Below are positions 8,381 through 19,128 of a stretch of DNA of 64,000 nt, in pieces. Position 1 is the first letter of the stretch. The number at the start of each line of letters is the position of its first letter. Both the position numbers and the translations under genes were made by a program. The notes beneath the pieces are model-generated. The model was not told where the DNA came from. It saw only the letters and a program-made list of their open reading frames with translations, and ran no database searches. The stretch comes from Candidatus Freyarchaeum deiterrae (lineage in GTDB: Archaea; Asgardarchaeota; Jordiarchaeia; Jordiarchaeales; Jordiarchaeaceae): positions 416,001 through 480,000 of the forward strand of contig CP147778.1 in assembly GCA_037305845.1 (NCBI GenBank), written 5' to 3'.

Positions 8381-11095
8381 ATAGCCGAGACTAAAAACTG
8401 GCATAGCATGCCAACAGAAGAGGCTATGAAACTTCTGGAGAGTAGCCCTAGGGGTCTAACCGATGAGGAGGTTTCTAAACGACGAGAAGTGTACGGGCCG
8501 AACAGAATCGAAGAAGTCAGAAAGCGTTCTCCTCTTAGACTGTTTTTTAAGCAGTTCCAGAACGCCATAAACTACATTCTGATTCTGGCTGCTGTAATCT
8601 CGATTATTGTTGGAAATAACTTTCTCGATGCGATGGTAATCATCGTAATTCTCTTTATCAACGCTATTCTGGGTTTTGTTCAGGAGTACCGCTCCGAAAA
8701 GGCTCTGGCGGCTCTTAAAGAATTATCCGCACCCAAAACCATCGTGTTAAGAGAAGGCATAGAAAGAAGAGTTAACACCGAGGAACTGGTTCCCGGAGAT
8801 GTCGTGGTTCTTTCTACAGGTGATAGAGTTCCCTCCGATATCCGCCTTTTTACTTCGGTGAGGATGCGGGCGGAGGAGTCCATGCTAACAGGTGAACCGG
8901 GCTCCGATGAGAAAATTACTGGAAAGTTGCCCGAAGACACCCCTTTGGTGGACAGGCTGAATATGGTTTACTCCGGAACCAGCATCACCGGGGGAAGGGG
9001 TTCTGGAATTGTTGTAGCCACGGGCATGAATACCGAGGTGGGAAAGATTGCTGAAGAAATCGAGGAAGCTAGCGGAGAAAAAACTGATTTTCACAGAAGA
9101 ATATCTAGTCTAGCTATTTACCTCTCAATTCTTGCCGTAGTATTGGCGAGCGTCCAGGCGGTTCTAGCCTACTTAAGGGGTATACCCACGTACACTGTTC
9201 TTCTCTTCGCATTAACCTCAGCGGTTGCAAGCATTCCGGAAGGACTCATAGCCGTTATCACCATAGTCCTTGTAGTCAGCGTTAGAGTTATGGCTAGGAG
9301 GAACGCTATCGTCCGCAATCTGCAAGCCGTGGAGACTCTGGGCTCCGCCACCGTGATATGCACCGACAAGACTGGAACCCTCACTAGAAACGAAATGACC
9401 GTGCGGGTGGTATATCTGAACGGTGAAACCATAGAGGTTACTGGAGAGGGATACGCACCCATAGGGAACTTTGAGAAAAATGGAGAGATGGTAGATCCCG
9501 AGAGTCATCCACATCTCAAATTGTTTCTGAAAGCCATGGCGCTCTGCAATGATGCCAGACTGATTTCGGAGGATGATAAATACTCCATTTTCGGAGACCC
9601 CACCGAGGGTGCCTTGGTTGTGGCGGCGGCTAAGGGAGGAATCAATAAGGAGGAAGAAGAAGAGGAAACTCCTCGTGTGGATGAGATTCCCTTTGAATCA
9701 GAACTGGCGTGTATGGCTACTGTTCACGACTTCACTGATGAAGAAAAGTACATTTATGCTAAGGGTTCTCCCGAACGTATAATCGAGCTGTGTAACGAAA
9801 TTTACGTAGACGGCAGAACCGTAGAAATAACCAGTGAATTTCGAAACCGAGTGCTGGGTGTAAGCCATGAATTAGCATCAAAGGGTTACCGGGTTCTGGG
9901 AATTTCTTTCAGAATCGTAGGAAGCTCCAAATACCGTTTAGCTAGGGAGGACTGTGGCAGGGACTTGATTTTATTGGGGCTGGTTGGTATGGTTGACCCT
10001 CCAAGAAGAGAGGCCATAGAGGCGGTTAAGAGGTGTAAAAATGCTGGAATAAAAGTGGTCATGATTACTGGTGATCATCGGGAGACCGCTAGAGCCGTAG
10101 CTGAGGAAGTGGGGATAATGACCAAGAAAGACCGCATTCTAGAGGGGAGAGAACTAGACGTTATTCCCGAGAAGGAATTCGAAAAAATAGTGGAGAAAGT
10201 AAAAGTTTTCGCACGAAACGAGCCCCGCCACAAGCTGAGAATCGTGAAGGCTCTTAAAAAGAGAGGCAACATCGTAGCCATGACCGGAGACGGAGTTAAT
10301 GACGCTCCCGCCCTAGAAGAGGCGGACATCGGCATCTCCATGGGCACAACTGGTACTCAGATCGCCAAGGAGACCTCTGACATAGTTTTGACCGATGATA
10401 ATTTCGCCTCAATAGTGGGAGCAGTCGAGGAGGGTAGAACGTCTTTCAATAATCTGAGAAGAACGCTTTTATATCTGATATCGACAAGCGTCGCAGAGGA
10501 TATGACTGTACTCTTAGCTCTTCTTTTAGGTTTTCCACTACTCCTCCTGCCTCTTCAGATTTTATGGATCAACCTAGTCACCGACGGGTTTTGCGACAAA
10601 ACTCTGGCCATTGAACCCAAATATCGGGATGTTCTCAAGGACCCGCCGAGACCTCCGAAGGAGAGAATTGTTTCTAGGGGCATGCTGTATCATATAGCGT
10701 TCATGGCGTTGATAATGTCTCTCGGAACCGTGTTTGTTTACTATTTTTCAATTCAATCTTTGGGACTATCGGTGATCATTAAAGGTTACAATGAACCTCG
10801 GACGGTGGCTTTTTACACTCTTGTTTTCTTCCAGCTTTTCAACGCGGTGAACTCTAGGTCTCGTGAATACTCCATTTTTAAAATCGGATTATTCTCGAAC
10901 AAGTACCTCGCTCTGGGACTAATCATTTCGTTGGTTTTGAATATCTCTATCGTTTATGTTCCGCTCTTCCAGCAGCTTTTTGAAATTGTACCTTTGACTC
11001 TCTACGACTGGCTCATAGTTTTTCTGGTTAGCAGCAGTGTTCTAGTAATAGAAGAAATAAGAAAAGCAGTTGCACCTAAACTATTCCGTAGATGA
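8381..11095 (+). CDS. Cation-transporting P-type ATPase (type IIA, Ca2+-like); first ATG 8408, probable ATA start 8381
   Basis: DKTGTLT, LTGE, PEGL, KGSPE, MITGD, TGDGVNDAPAL, LWINLVTDG. Confidence 0.92.
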   Translation: MAETKNWHSMPTEEAMKLLESSPRGLTDEEVSKRREVYGPNRIEEVRKRSPLRLFFKQFQNAINYILILAAVISIIVGNNFLDAMVIIVILFINAILGFVQEYRSEKALAALKELSAPKTIVLREGIERRVNTEELVPGDVVVLSTGDRVPSDIRLFTSVRMRAEESMLTGEPGSDEKITGKLPEDTPLVDRLNMVYSGTSITGGRGSGIVVATGMNTEVGKIAEEIEEASGEKTDFHRRISSLAIYLSILAVVLASVQAVLAYLRGIPTYTVLLFALTSAVASIPEGLIAVITIVLVVSVRVMARRNAIVRNLQAVETLGSATVICTDKTGTLTRNEMTVRVVYLNGETIEVTGEGYAPIGNFEKNGEMVDPESHPHLKLFLKAMALCNDARLISEDDKYSIFGDPTEGALVVAAAKGGINKEEEEEETPRVDEIPFESELACMATVHDFTDEEKYIYAKGSPERIIELCNEIYVDGRTVEITSEFRNRVLGVSHELASKGYRVLGISFRIVGSSKYRLAREDCGRDLILLGLVGMVDPPRREAIEAVKRCKNAGIKVVMITGDHRETARAVAEEVGIMTKKDRILEGRELDVIPEKEFEKIVEKVKVFARNEPRHKLRIVKALKKRGNIVAMTGDGVNDAPALEEADIGISMGTTGTQIAKETSDIVLTDDNFASIVGAVEEGRTSFNNLRRTLLYLISTSVAEDMTVLLALLLGFPLLLLPLQILWINLVTDGFCDKTLAIEPKYRDVLKDPPRPPKERIVSRGMLYHIAFMALIMSLGTVFVYYFSIQSLGLSVIIKGYNEPRTVAFYTLVFFQLFNAVNSRSREYSIFKIGLFSNKYLALGLIISLVLNISIVYVPLFQQLFEIVPLTLYDWLIVFLVSSSVLVIEEIRKAVAPKLFRR

Positions 11096-11297
11096 AACTG
11101 ATACCTATTCCAAAAATTAAGCAGAAGAAGCTAATTGCATACAAAAATTTCTTTTGAGAATATTGTTTTTGGTATCCCTTTTTCCAAACGTGTTTTCTGT
11201 TTGTTTCATGAGCTTTTAACAGAAACTTTCAAGCTAAAATTTAATAAGGGGCTCGTAGAAAGTTAAGCAGTCTTGTTCGCGTTTACGAGGTGGTTTC

Positions 11298-11729
11298 ATG
11301 TATAGTAAAATAATGGTGGGCACCGACGGATCCGAGACAGCAAAAAAAGCTGTTGACAATGCCATCGAACTCTGTAAAAGTTTGGGAGCGGAGCTTATAG
11401 CGGTTAGCGCAGTTAACATGGCGCCTGTGTCAGGCATAGAAAAAACTGATGGGAAAACATATAACAAAATTCGGGATGAATTTGAACAACACGCAAATGA
11501 AATTCTTGATGAAGTTGAAAAAAAGGCGGCAAAGGAAAATTTGATGTTTAAGAGAATAGTCAAATTGGGTGACCCTGCAGATGTTATAGTGGAACAGGCA
11601 AAAAGGGAGAAGGCAGACCTAATAGTGATAGGGACTAAAGGACTTATGGGTGTCCAAAGAGTAGTTCTGGGAAGCCACGCAGAAAAAATTGTTAGATGGT
11701 CGCCAATACCAGTTCTCGTTGTGCGTTAA
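11298..11729 (+). CDS. Universal stress protein (UspA family)
   Basis: KIMVGTDGS, GDPADVIV, DLIVIGTKG..LGSHAEKIVR..PIPVLVV. Confidence 0.92.
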   Translation: MYSKIMVGTDGSETAKKAVDNAIELCKSLGAELIAVSAVNMAPVSGIEKTDGKTYNKIRDEFEQHANEILDEVEKKAAKENLMFKRIVKLGDPADVIVEQAKREKADLIVIGTKGLMGVQRVVLGSHAEKIVRWSPIPVLVVR

Positions 11730-11955
11730 ACATTTTTTATAATAGCCCAACCAAATCTCTTTTTTGTTAACAATTCGCCTCAATGCAAAAGATATGCTTG
11801 GTGTCTTATTTGAAATTTGATTCTTCGTCAGTCTAACTGGCACTTGTCACATCTTTTATCGTCATATTCTTAGCACGCGAGGATTTGTAGTCATCTTTAT
11901 ATGTCTTTTGCGATTTTTCTTTTTTTGTGAGCACGCTTTATATTGAGGAGATAAT

Positions 11956-12900
11956 ATGAGTACCTTGGAAGAGCGAATTATGCAGTCGGTGGAGAAGGTA
12001 GGGCCGGCTGTTGTGAACGTAAGTACGACTCATTTGGTACGGGATTACTTCTTTCATGTTCACCCCGTTCAGGGGATGGGGTCAGGCATCATCGTCGATG
12101 CTGACGGCTACGTGGCGTCGAATAACCATGTCATCGCGGGGAGCATGCAGGTGAGTGTAACGACTGTAGACGGCAGGAATCTTGAGGGAAAAGTGATTGG
12201 TACCGATCCCACATCTGACGTCGCCCTGTTAAAGGTGGATAGCACTGGCTTACCGACCGCTGAACTCGGCGACTCCGACAAGCTGAGGGTAGGCCAGATT
12301 GTAATAGCCATCGGAAACCCGTTCGGTTTCGCGCTAGGCGGCGGCCCAACGGTTACTATGGGAGTCGTGAGCGCATTGAAAAGGAACATACAGGCGGAGG
12401 AACGGATCTTCGAAGACCTCATCCAGACCGATGCTGCGATTAACCCTGGGAACAGCGGCGGCCCCTTAATCGACCTGGAAGGAAGGGTAATAGGTGTTAA
12501 TACCGCAATGATTCCATTCGCTCAGGGCATAGGTTTCGCGATACCAATAAACGAGGTTAAAGCGCGACTGGAGGATCTGATTAAGTATGGGCGGGTTATC
12601 AGGCCATGGCTTGGTATCGTAGGCCTCGATCTGACGAAGGAGATAGCGGCATATTATAGATTGTCAGTCAGTGAGGGTGTCATCGTGACCCGCGTCATGC
12701 GCCACAGCCCGGCGCATAAAGCTGGCATCCGTGAAGGAGACATCCTCCTCAAGCTTGAGGATGTTGAATTGAAAGAGGTGGGAGACCTTCAAAAGACCTT
12801 GAAAATGAAGAAGCCGGACGAGATGGTCAAGCTCGTCATTCTAAGGGATGATAAGCAAGGCATTGTAAACATCACGTTAGGTGAGACCCCGGAGACCTAG
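11956..12900 (+). CDS. HtrA/DegP-type trypsin-like serine protease with PDZ domain, no signal/TM segment
   Basis: GSGIIV..NNHV, DVALLK, QTDAAINPGNSGGPL, C-terminal PDZ (PWLGI..SPAHKAGIREGD). Confidence 0.92.
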   Translation: MSTLEERIMQSVEKVGPAVVNVSTTHLVRDYFFHVHPVQGMGSGIIVDADGYVASNNHVIAGSMQVSVTTVDGRNLEGKVIGTDPTSDVALLKVDSTGLPTAELGDSDKLRVGQIVIAIGNPFGFALGGGPTVTMGVVSALKRNIQAEERIFEDLIQTDAAINPGNSGGPLIDLEGRVIGVNTAMIPFAQGIGFAIPINEVKARLEDLIKYGRVIRPWLGIVGLDLTKEIAAYYRLSVSEGVIVTRVMRHSPAHKAGIREGDILLKLEDVELKEVGDLQKTLKMKKPDEMVKLVILRDDKQGIVNITLGETPET

Positions 12901-13044
12901 AAGAAAAAACTTGATTGTGTTGGATTTATTTCGGTTCTTCAATTGGATTTTGGTTGTAGGATATTACTCTTATCTGAGAGAGTATTTTAATTTTTATTAT
13001 TACTTTTAATAACATGTATCTATCCAAATGTAGTATTGGTCTTC

Positions 13045-14019
13045 TTATTCGTAAAATCTTTTTAACATTTTGCAAATTGCTAAATCTATCCATAAATTAA
13101 GATTTGTACCTGACTTGTTCTTCAACAAGTTTAATTCCCAAAGCCCGTTTTCTTTTTGGCTGTCAATTAGCCATTTAAGCGCTTTGCCAATCTGTGGAAT
13201 GTCTTTTGTGAATCCTAGTAATGAAAGGGAATCAAGTGCGGATAATAAATCTGTAAACCAGAAGGGAAACGCGAATTTGATCCAATAACTAGGGTCTCCC
13301 CGGTCTGGATAATTATCGGATTTAAATAAATGTGACGTTAGTAGCTCTCCTGCAGCTTTTGCCTCTTTCGACTTTCGATACTTTTCGTGAGCTGCAAATC
13401 CACGTAGTACTACACCGGTTACTAAATGAGAGAAGGGTTTTGATGAATCTGGTTTTATTGTATCATTATCTAAAGCTATTATGTCTAATTTGGCACCGAC
13501 GGTGCGAAGGGGTATAGCCCAGCCTCCATCATTTTGGCGAATAGAAAGAAGCCACTTGAATCCTTTGTCTACGTGGGGATCATTATTGTAACCTGCTTTT
13601 GTTAAAAGTTCCATTATCCCCGCAGTGTAATTGGGAGTGTATTGTTTTCCATAAATTCCTCTAAAGTCTCCTTCTTCCGTCTGAAAACTGAACAGGAAGT
13701 CGGCAGCCTTTTTTATTGCGGAATGTTCTCTGGTGAGACCGTATTTTTCTACTAGTTGACCTAGCATCCGGTAAGTCTCAAGCTGATTATAGTTTTGTTC
13801 TGAACGGACACGTGCTCCGCTGCTAGGATATTTCCATGAACCATTATCCAGTTGTTTACCAATAATTTTTGTTACGTCTGGTAATTGCCATAAATCTTGC
13901 ACCGGGTTATCTTTTTCTGATAATAAATCACGCTTAACAAAAAACAATAGGGCTTTATTTTCTGAACTGATGAGGAGAGGAAGCGGATTATATCGTAATT
14001 GTTTCAACCAACTATCCAT
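13045..14019 (-). CDS. Prenyltransferase/squalene-cyclase-like alpha-alpha toroid protein of unknown function
   Basis: QW-like repeats QLDNGSW, QTEEGDF, QNDGGW, QKENGLW. Confidence 0.7.
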   Translation of the reverse strand: MDSWLKQLRYNPLPLLISSENKALLFFVKRDLLSEKDNPVQDLWQLPDVTKIIGKQLDNGSWKYPSSGARVRSEQNYNQLETYRMLGQLVEKYGLTREHSAIKKAADFLFSFQTEEGDFRGIYGKQYTPNYTAGIMELLTKAGYNNDPHVDKGFKWLLSIRQNDGGWAIPLRTVGAKLDIIALDNDTIKPDSSKPFSHLVTGVVLRGFAAHEKYRKSKEAKAAGELLTSHLFKSDNYPDRGDPSYWIKFAFPFWFTDLLSALDSLSLLGFTKDIPQIGKALKWLIDSQKENGLWELNLLKNKSGTNLNLWIDLAICKMLKRFYE

Positions 14020-14235
14020 TTTTTATTTTCCCTCAGTATAGTAATTCTAACCTCTTTTCATTGTTGCAAAAAGTTTATTATGGATGAATATGTTTTCAAA
14101 AAGTTCTTGTCTCGTGTATTACTCTTATTTTTTGAATCTGCTTTATATTGTATCTGCAAATATTAATAAATAGGCACTACTTACCGTTAAGCAGAAGGAG
14201 TATAAAAGAATAATAGAATTGGAGGCAGGGCATCA

Positions 14236-15204
14236 ATGCACAAAATTGGTTTGAACGTAAGAATGGTTCTAGTTATGGCGCTAATGTTCTCGGTTCTCTT
14301 CGGATTATTCGCAGGCGTATCTTATTTATTGGGTTACTTCCAACCCTACATATACGTACTGATGGCGTTAGGTATCATGGCGGTACAGTACGTCTCTGGT
14401 CCAAAAATTGTTGAGTGGACCATGAAAGTGAAATATGTGACTCCTTACGAGGAACCTCGACTCCACGGCATAGTAGACGGTTTAGTATTAAAATTGGGAA
14501 TAAGGAAACCCAAAGTGGGGGTATCCGATGTGAAGATTCCCAACGCCTTTGCATTCGGAAGATGGAAAGGAGATGCCCGAGTTGTAGTTACCAAACCACT
14601 TCTAGAAAGGCTTGATGACGGCGAATTAGAAGCCGTGCTCGGACACGAACTCTCACATGTGGTCAACCGCGACATGATCATTTTAACCATTGTCAGCGTT
14701 GTACCCCTAATATGCTACTACGTTTTCGTTAGTCTAGTGTGGGGTGGAGGTATGAGCACTGGAGGAAACAGAAACGCGGGGTATGCTGCAATAATCGGAC
14801 TAGGAGCGTTTGCCATGTACTTGGTGACCAACCTATTGGTACTCTACGTTAGCCGAACCAGAGAATACTACGCTGATGCGGGCAGTGCAGAATTGACCCA
14901 GCAACCATACAACCTAGCTTCAGGCCTCTACAAGCTGATACGGGCCAGTAAGGACTTGGAGGAAAAGGAACTCCAACAAGTTCAAGGAGTAAGAGCTTTC
15001 TTCGCCACCGACCCCTCAAAGGCTAGAGGCGAACTCAGAATGCTCATTGAAGCCGACTTGAACAGAGACGGAAAACTAGACGCCTACGAAGTGAAAAAAT
15101 TCGCAGAGAATGCAAAACTGGGAAGGTTCTCTGGATTAGCAGAAATATTCTCCTCGCATCCGAATCCTGTGAAGAGAATCGTTAAGCTCAGCGAGATGTA
15201 TTAG
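14236..15204 (+). CDS. htpX: Zinc metalloprotease HtpX (M48)
   Basis: PNAFAFG, ELEAVLGHELSH, SRTREYYAD, SSHP; membrane helices. Confidence 0.92.
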   Translation: MHKIGLNVRMVLVMALMFSVLFGLFAGVSYLLGYFQPYIYVLMALGIMAVQYVSGPKIVEWTMKVKYVTPYEEPRLHGIVDGLVLKLGIRKPKVGVSDVKIPNAFAFGRWKGDARVVVTKPLLERLDDGELEAVLGHELSHVVNRDMIILTIVSVVPLICYYVFVSLVWGGGMSTGGNRNAGYAAIIGLGAFAMYLVTNLLVLYVSRTREYYADAGSAELTQQPYNLASGLYKLIRASKDLEEKELQQVQGVRAFFATDPSKARGELRMLIEADLNRDGKLDAYEVKKFAENAKLGRFSGLAEIFSSHPNPVKRIVKLSEMY

Positions 15205-15334
15205 GGTAACCTTCAAGTAAATAGGGTTTGAGGATAGCGTCCTCACCCTTCCTGTTCCTAAAAAAATAGTTTATTCTATTTTTGGAATATTCTCATTTTA
15301 CGTTTTGGTGATTGTTCTGGAGTTAGTATGGCGC

Positions 15335-16753
15335 TTATTGTTTTTCTTCTGTTTTATCTCTAATGATTCTTTCGACGCATTTCATGGCGGATTCCGCTGC
15401 TGAATTCATGCCTACGCCTCTTCCTCGATAAGTGTCTCCCGCGAAGTAGAGGCCTTGTATGCTTGGTGCTTTTACGTCTGGTTTGTTTTTTCCAACCATT
15501 CCCGGTTTTCTGGCTATGCCGTCTATTCCTATGTATCTGGAGGGAAGCGTCCATTCAATGTGGTCTTCGAAGCCTGGAAATATTTGGGTCAAATCGTCCC
15601 AGAGAACATCCAGTCCCTCTCTCACCCACCACTTATCAAGAGCATTTTCGGGTTGGCAGGGGCAACTCACAGATAGTAGGAACTTTCCTTGAGGGGCGAT
15701 GTCTGGGTCAAAGTTTGAGGGTGCAAAACACTGGAAGGGTAGACCGGATTGGGGGAGTTTTAGAGAAGCGCGATACTTCTTGTCATCCCAGAGAGCTTCA
15801 TCTAGGCCTAATATGTATCCGATTGCGGCGGTGGTTTCTGCGGATAAGCTGTTTATTTTACTAATGAACCAAGAGGGAAACTCTTCTGATGGGAGTATAC
15901 GCTCCAGAACCCAGATAGGGACTGCACATATCACCGTATTAGCTCTCAGGAACTCGGTCTCATTTACTAGCCAGGCTTCAAAGTTTTTGGGGGCGTCTTC
16001 AACAGCTTGCTCCAAGGACACACCGATAACTTTCGAGTCTTCGATTAGAACTTCGTTTATACTCGATTCCGTGAAAACCACACCGCCTTTTTCTCTGATA
16101 ACCTCGACCATAGGTTTGACTAGATTTATGGTTCCTCCCTTAGGAAATCCTGAGGCGAGAAGTGCTTTTTTCGCTTCCAAGTTCTTCTTCATATCGTAGA
16201 TTATTTCACTTGCTGCCATCTCTTCCCAGTCTGTGATGGTTGTAATCATCATACCCAGATAGCCGAAAAGGTCTTTAACATTCTGGTTATCGGTTATGCC
16301 TTCCACCCATTCTTGAAGAGAAGAATCGTCCAAGTTGTCAATATCCTGATAGCTCGTTTCATGAATGGCCTTTATCAGCTTCTCGAAGCTCTCGTTATCG
16401 GAGCGACTGAATTTTCTATATTCCGAAATGTCCTGCCATTTATCATCGGCCCAAACGTTTACCCCCTCAGACCAGGCTGACAATTCAAATCCTTTCCCTA
16501 CTTTTGATAGTAACTCAGCTACTGAGCTAACGCTTCCCTGTGGGAGGGCATGAAGCCCAGTATCAATAGCGAAGCCTCTAAAATTCATGGTGGTAGCTCG
16601 GCCGCCGACGTAAGGAAGCTTCTCAAAAACGGCAACTCTATAACCCTTAGATGCCAAAAGAGACGCGCATCCCAGACCAGCAACGCCTGCACCAATAACC
16701 ACTATGTCAAAATCATAATCCATCATAAAATTAACCCCATGCCATTCCTGCAA
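15335..16753 (-). CDS. FAD-dependent oxidoreductase (phytoene desaturase/amine oxidase family); likely start near 16726
   Basis: VVIGAGVAGL..FEK..VGGRA..DTGLH; GLYFAGD. Confidence 0.85.
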   Translation of the reverse strand: MQEWHGVNFMMDYDFDIVVIGAGVAGLGCASLLASKGYRVAVFEKLPYVGGRATTMNFRGFAIDTGLHALPQGSVSSVAELLSKVGKGFELSAWSEGVNVWADDKWQDISEYRKFSRSDNESFEKLIKAIHETSYQDIDNLDDSSLQEWVEGITDNQNVKDLFGYLGMMITTITDWEEMAASEIIYDMKKNLEAKKALLASGFPKGGTINLVKPMVEVIREKGGVVFTESSINEVLIEDSKVIGVSLEQAVEDAPKNFEAWLVNETEFLRANTVICAVPIWVLERILPSEEFPSWFISKINSLSAETTAAIGYILGLDEALWDDKKYRASLKLPQSGLPFQCFAPSNFDPDIAPQGKFLLSVSCPCQPENALDKWWVREGLDVLWDDLTQIFPGFEDHIEWTLPSRYIGIDGIARKPGMVGKNKPDVKAPSIQGLYFAGDTYRGRGVGMNSAAESAMKCVERIIRDKTEEKQ

Positions 16754-16960
16754 AAATCAAGTTTAATTGAATATTATCCGCTATAATTTAAACTTTGTTC
16801 CTTTCTAACAATTTTTTACGAACGCCGGAGTTAGGAACGAACATGAGGAAACCACTCAATTTAAATATGGTGTACTCTTCTTAAAGAGTTTAAAAGAAAA
16901 AAAAGAAAAACCATGAAAAAATATAATATTTTAATTTCATTTCGAGGAGATGGTTTGTGA

Positions 16961-17746
16961 ATGGTAAGTTACACGGATATAGTTTTTGAGAAGAAACCCC
17001 CAATTGGTTGGGTGACTCTCAATAGACCAGACAAGTTTAACTCTATAACCTCTAAGATGGTAGAGGAGCTTAGTGACGTTATGAGTGTCCTATGGGACGA
17101 CGAGAAAATAAGAGTTCTAGTGATTACGGGAGCAGGGGATAAAGCTTTCTGCGCCGGAGCAGACATCAATATGTTTGAGGGACTAAAACCAAGCAGCATG
17201 TTTCACACCATACGGAAAATAGCTGAACTTACCCAAAAGATAGAGAAATTTCCCAAGCCAGTGATAGCAGCCGTCAACGGCACCGCCCTGGGCGGAGGAT
17301 GCGAAATAGCTATATCCTGCGATTTCAGAATAGCAAGCGACAAAGCAGTATTCGGACAGCCAGAGATACGATTAGGACTGATACCCGGAGCTGGTGGAAC
17401 GCAGAGGCTCTCAAAACTCATTGGTCTGGGTAAAGCTAAGGAACTCTGCATGCTGGGAGCCAGCATTCCAGCCGACGAAGCCTACCGCACTGGCCTAGTT
17501 AACAAAGTGGTTCCCGCAGACAAATTAAGAGAGGAAGTTCAAAACTTAGCCACAAGACTAGCTGAAGGACCCCCAGTTGCGCTCAAGATGGCTAAGTACG
17601 CCTGCAACTTTGGAACCCAAGTACCACTAGACATTGGATTAGTGCTAGAGTCCGGGGTGTTCAGCATTCTTTTCGGAACCGAGGACATGGTGGAGGGCAC
17701 AGCTGCCTTTCTAGAAAAAAGAAAAGCCAAATTCACAGGCAAATAG
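16961..17746 (+). CDS. Enoyl-CoA hydratase/isomerase
   Basis: LNRPDKFN, AFCAGAD, ALGGGCE, GQPE..LGLIPGAGGTQRL (both catalytic Glu present). Confidence 0.92.
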   Translation: MVSYTDIVFEKKPPIGWVTLNRPDKFNSITSKMVEELSDVMSVLWDDEKIRVLVITGAGDKAFCAGADINMFEGLKPSSMFHTIRKIAELTQKIEKFPKPVIAAVNGTALGGGCEIAISCDFRIASDKAVFGQPEIRLGLIPGAGGTQRLSKLIGLGKAKELCMLGASIPADEAYRTGLVNKVVPADKLREEVQNLATRLAEGPPVALKMAKYACNFGTQVPLDIGLVLESGVFSILFGTEDMVEGTAAFLEKRKAKFTGK

Positions 17747-17924
17747 TCACCCTCTTCCTTTTTTTTAAAAAAACCTTTAAAAGGGTCTTACACACGAAAA
17801 TTGAAGTTAAAATTAGGAATAAGTGCTAATCCAATATTCTAGGATACGAACAGCAGTGAAAAAGAATCTAATTGGCTCCATTCAAATTTTTTAGGCGCAA
17901 GCAAAAGTGAAGTATATGCGAAGT

Positions 17925-19046
17925 TTAAGAACGCCTCTCATCTTCTTCAGCAAGTTCCGTAAATAATTCTTTCAGGCGGGGTGTTAACTTCTTGGGAGTG
18001 CGTACAAGAACCCTCACGAATTCGTCTCCTCTTCCCTGCCCCGATATGTCGGGAACCCCTTTACCTTTTAGTTTGAATAACGTTTGACTCTGAGTGCCTG
18101 CAGGTATTTTCAGCTCAGCTTTACTGTTTATTGTCGGCACCTCAATTTTCGCGCCGAGTGCAGCCTGTGAAAAAGTTATAGGCACATCCGTTATTAGGTT
18201 GTTTCCATCTCTTTCGAAGATCGGGTGCTGTTTGACATGAATTACTACGTACAGGTCGCCTGGGGCGCCTCTCCTTATTCCCGCCTCTCCTTCGCCTCCT
18301 ATTCTCATTCGGGTGCCAGTGTCAACTCCTGGGGGTATGTTAACGTCTATTTTGCTTTTAACCTGAATCCTGCCCGAGCCTTTGCATTCATGACATGGGT
18401 ACGCGTTTAGCTCTCCTCTTCCACCGCACCTTGGGCAGGTCGTAATCTGTACGAATCTTGTGGCTCCTGTTTCCCTCACCTGCTGTAATTGGCCCGTCCC
18501 TCCACACTGTGGACACCTGGTCCCTTTTTTTCCGGGTTCTATTCCAGTACCCTTACACACATTGCATTCCTTCACATGGGGAACGGTTATCTCAGTTTCT
18601 AGTCCCGATACCGCCTGTTCCAGGGTTATTTCCATGTCAAATCTCAGATCGTCTCCCGGTATAGACTGCCTCTCCCAAGACCCCCTGCTTGGGCTGCCTC
18701 TGCGTCCGCGTCCGCCGCCTCCGAATAGACTTTCGAAGATGCTGTCGAAACCTCCAAATCCGAAGCCTCTGAATATGCTTTCGAAGTCGACGTTCCGGAA
18801 TATGTCCTCCTGCGTATATTTTCCGCTTATTCCCGCATGTCCGAATTGGTCATACTGCTGTCGTTTCTCTTCATCAGACAATACGCCGTAGGCTTCTGAG
18901 AGCTCCTTGAATTTCTCTTCAGCATCCGGTGATTTGTTACGGTCTGGGTGATACTGCATAGCCAGTTTGCGGTAAGCGGTTTTTATCTCATCCTTTGTGG
19001 CATCCTTGGAAACGCCGAGTACATCGTAATAGTCTCTTTTTGACAT
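17925..19046 (-). CDS. dnaJ: Chaperone DnaJ
   Basis: J domain with HPD, G/F region, four CxxCxGxG repeats, C-terminal domain. Confidence 0.97.
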   Translation of the reverse strand: MSKRDYYDVLGVSKDATKDEIKTAYRKLAMQYHPDRNKSPDAEEKFKELSEAYGVLSDEEKRQQYDQFGHAGISGKYTQEDIFRNVDFESIFRGFGFGGFDSIFESLFGGGGRGRRGSPSRGSWERQSIPGDDLRFDMEITLEQAVSGLETEITVPHVKECNVCKGTGIEPGKKGTRCPQCGGTGQLQQVRETGATRFVQITTCPRCGGRGELNAYPCHECKGSGRIQVKSKIDVNIPPGVDTGTRMRIGGEGEAGIRRGAPGDLYVVIHVKQHPIFERDGNNLITDVPITFSQAALGAKIEVPTINSKAELKIPAGTQSQTLFKLKGKGVPDISGQGRGDEFVRVLVRTPKKLTPRLKELFTELAEEDERRS

Positions 19047-19128
19047 ATGTGTTCCCCATAAAGAAAGACTGTTTTTCACCAAAAAATAGTAATGAAAAGA
19101 ATAAAAAAATTTTGGGTAGGGTTAGGTT

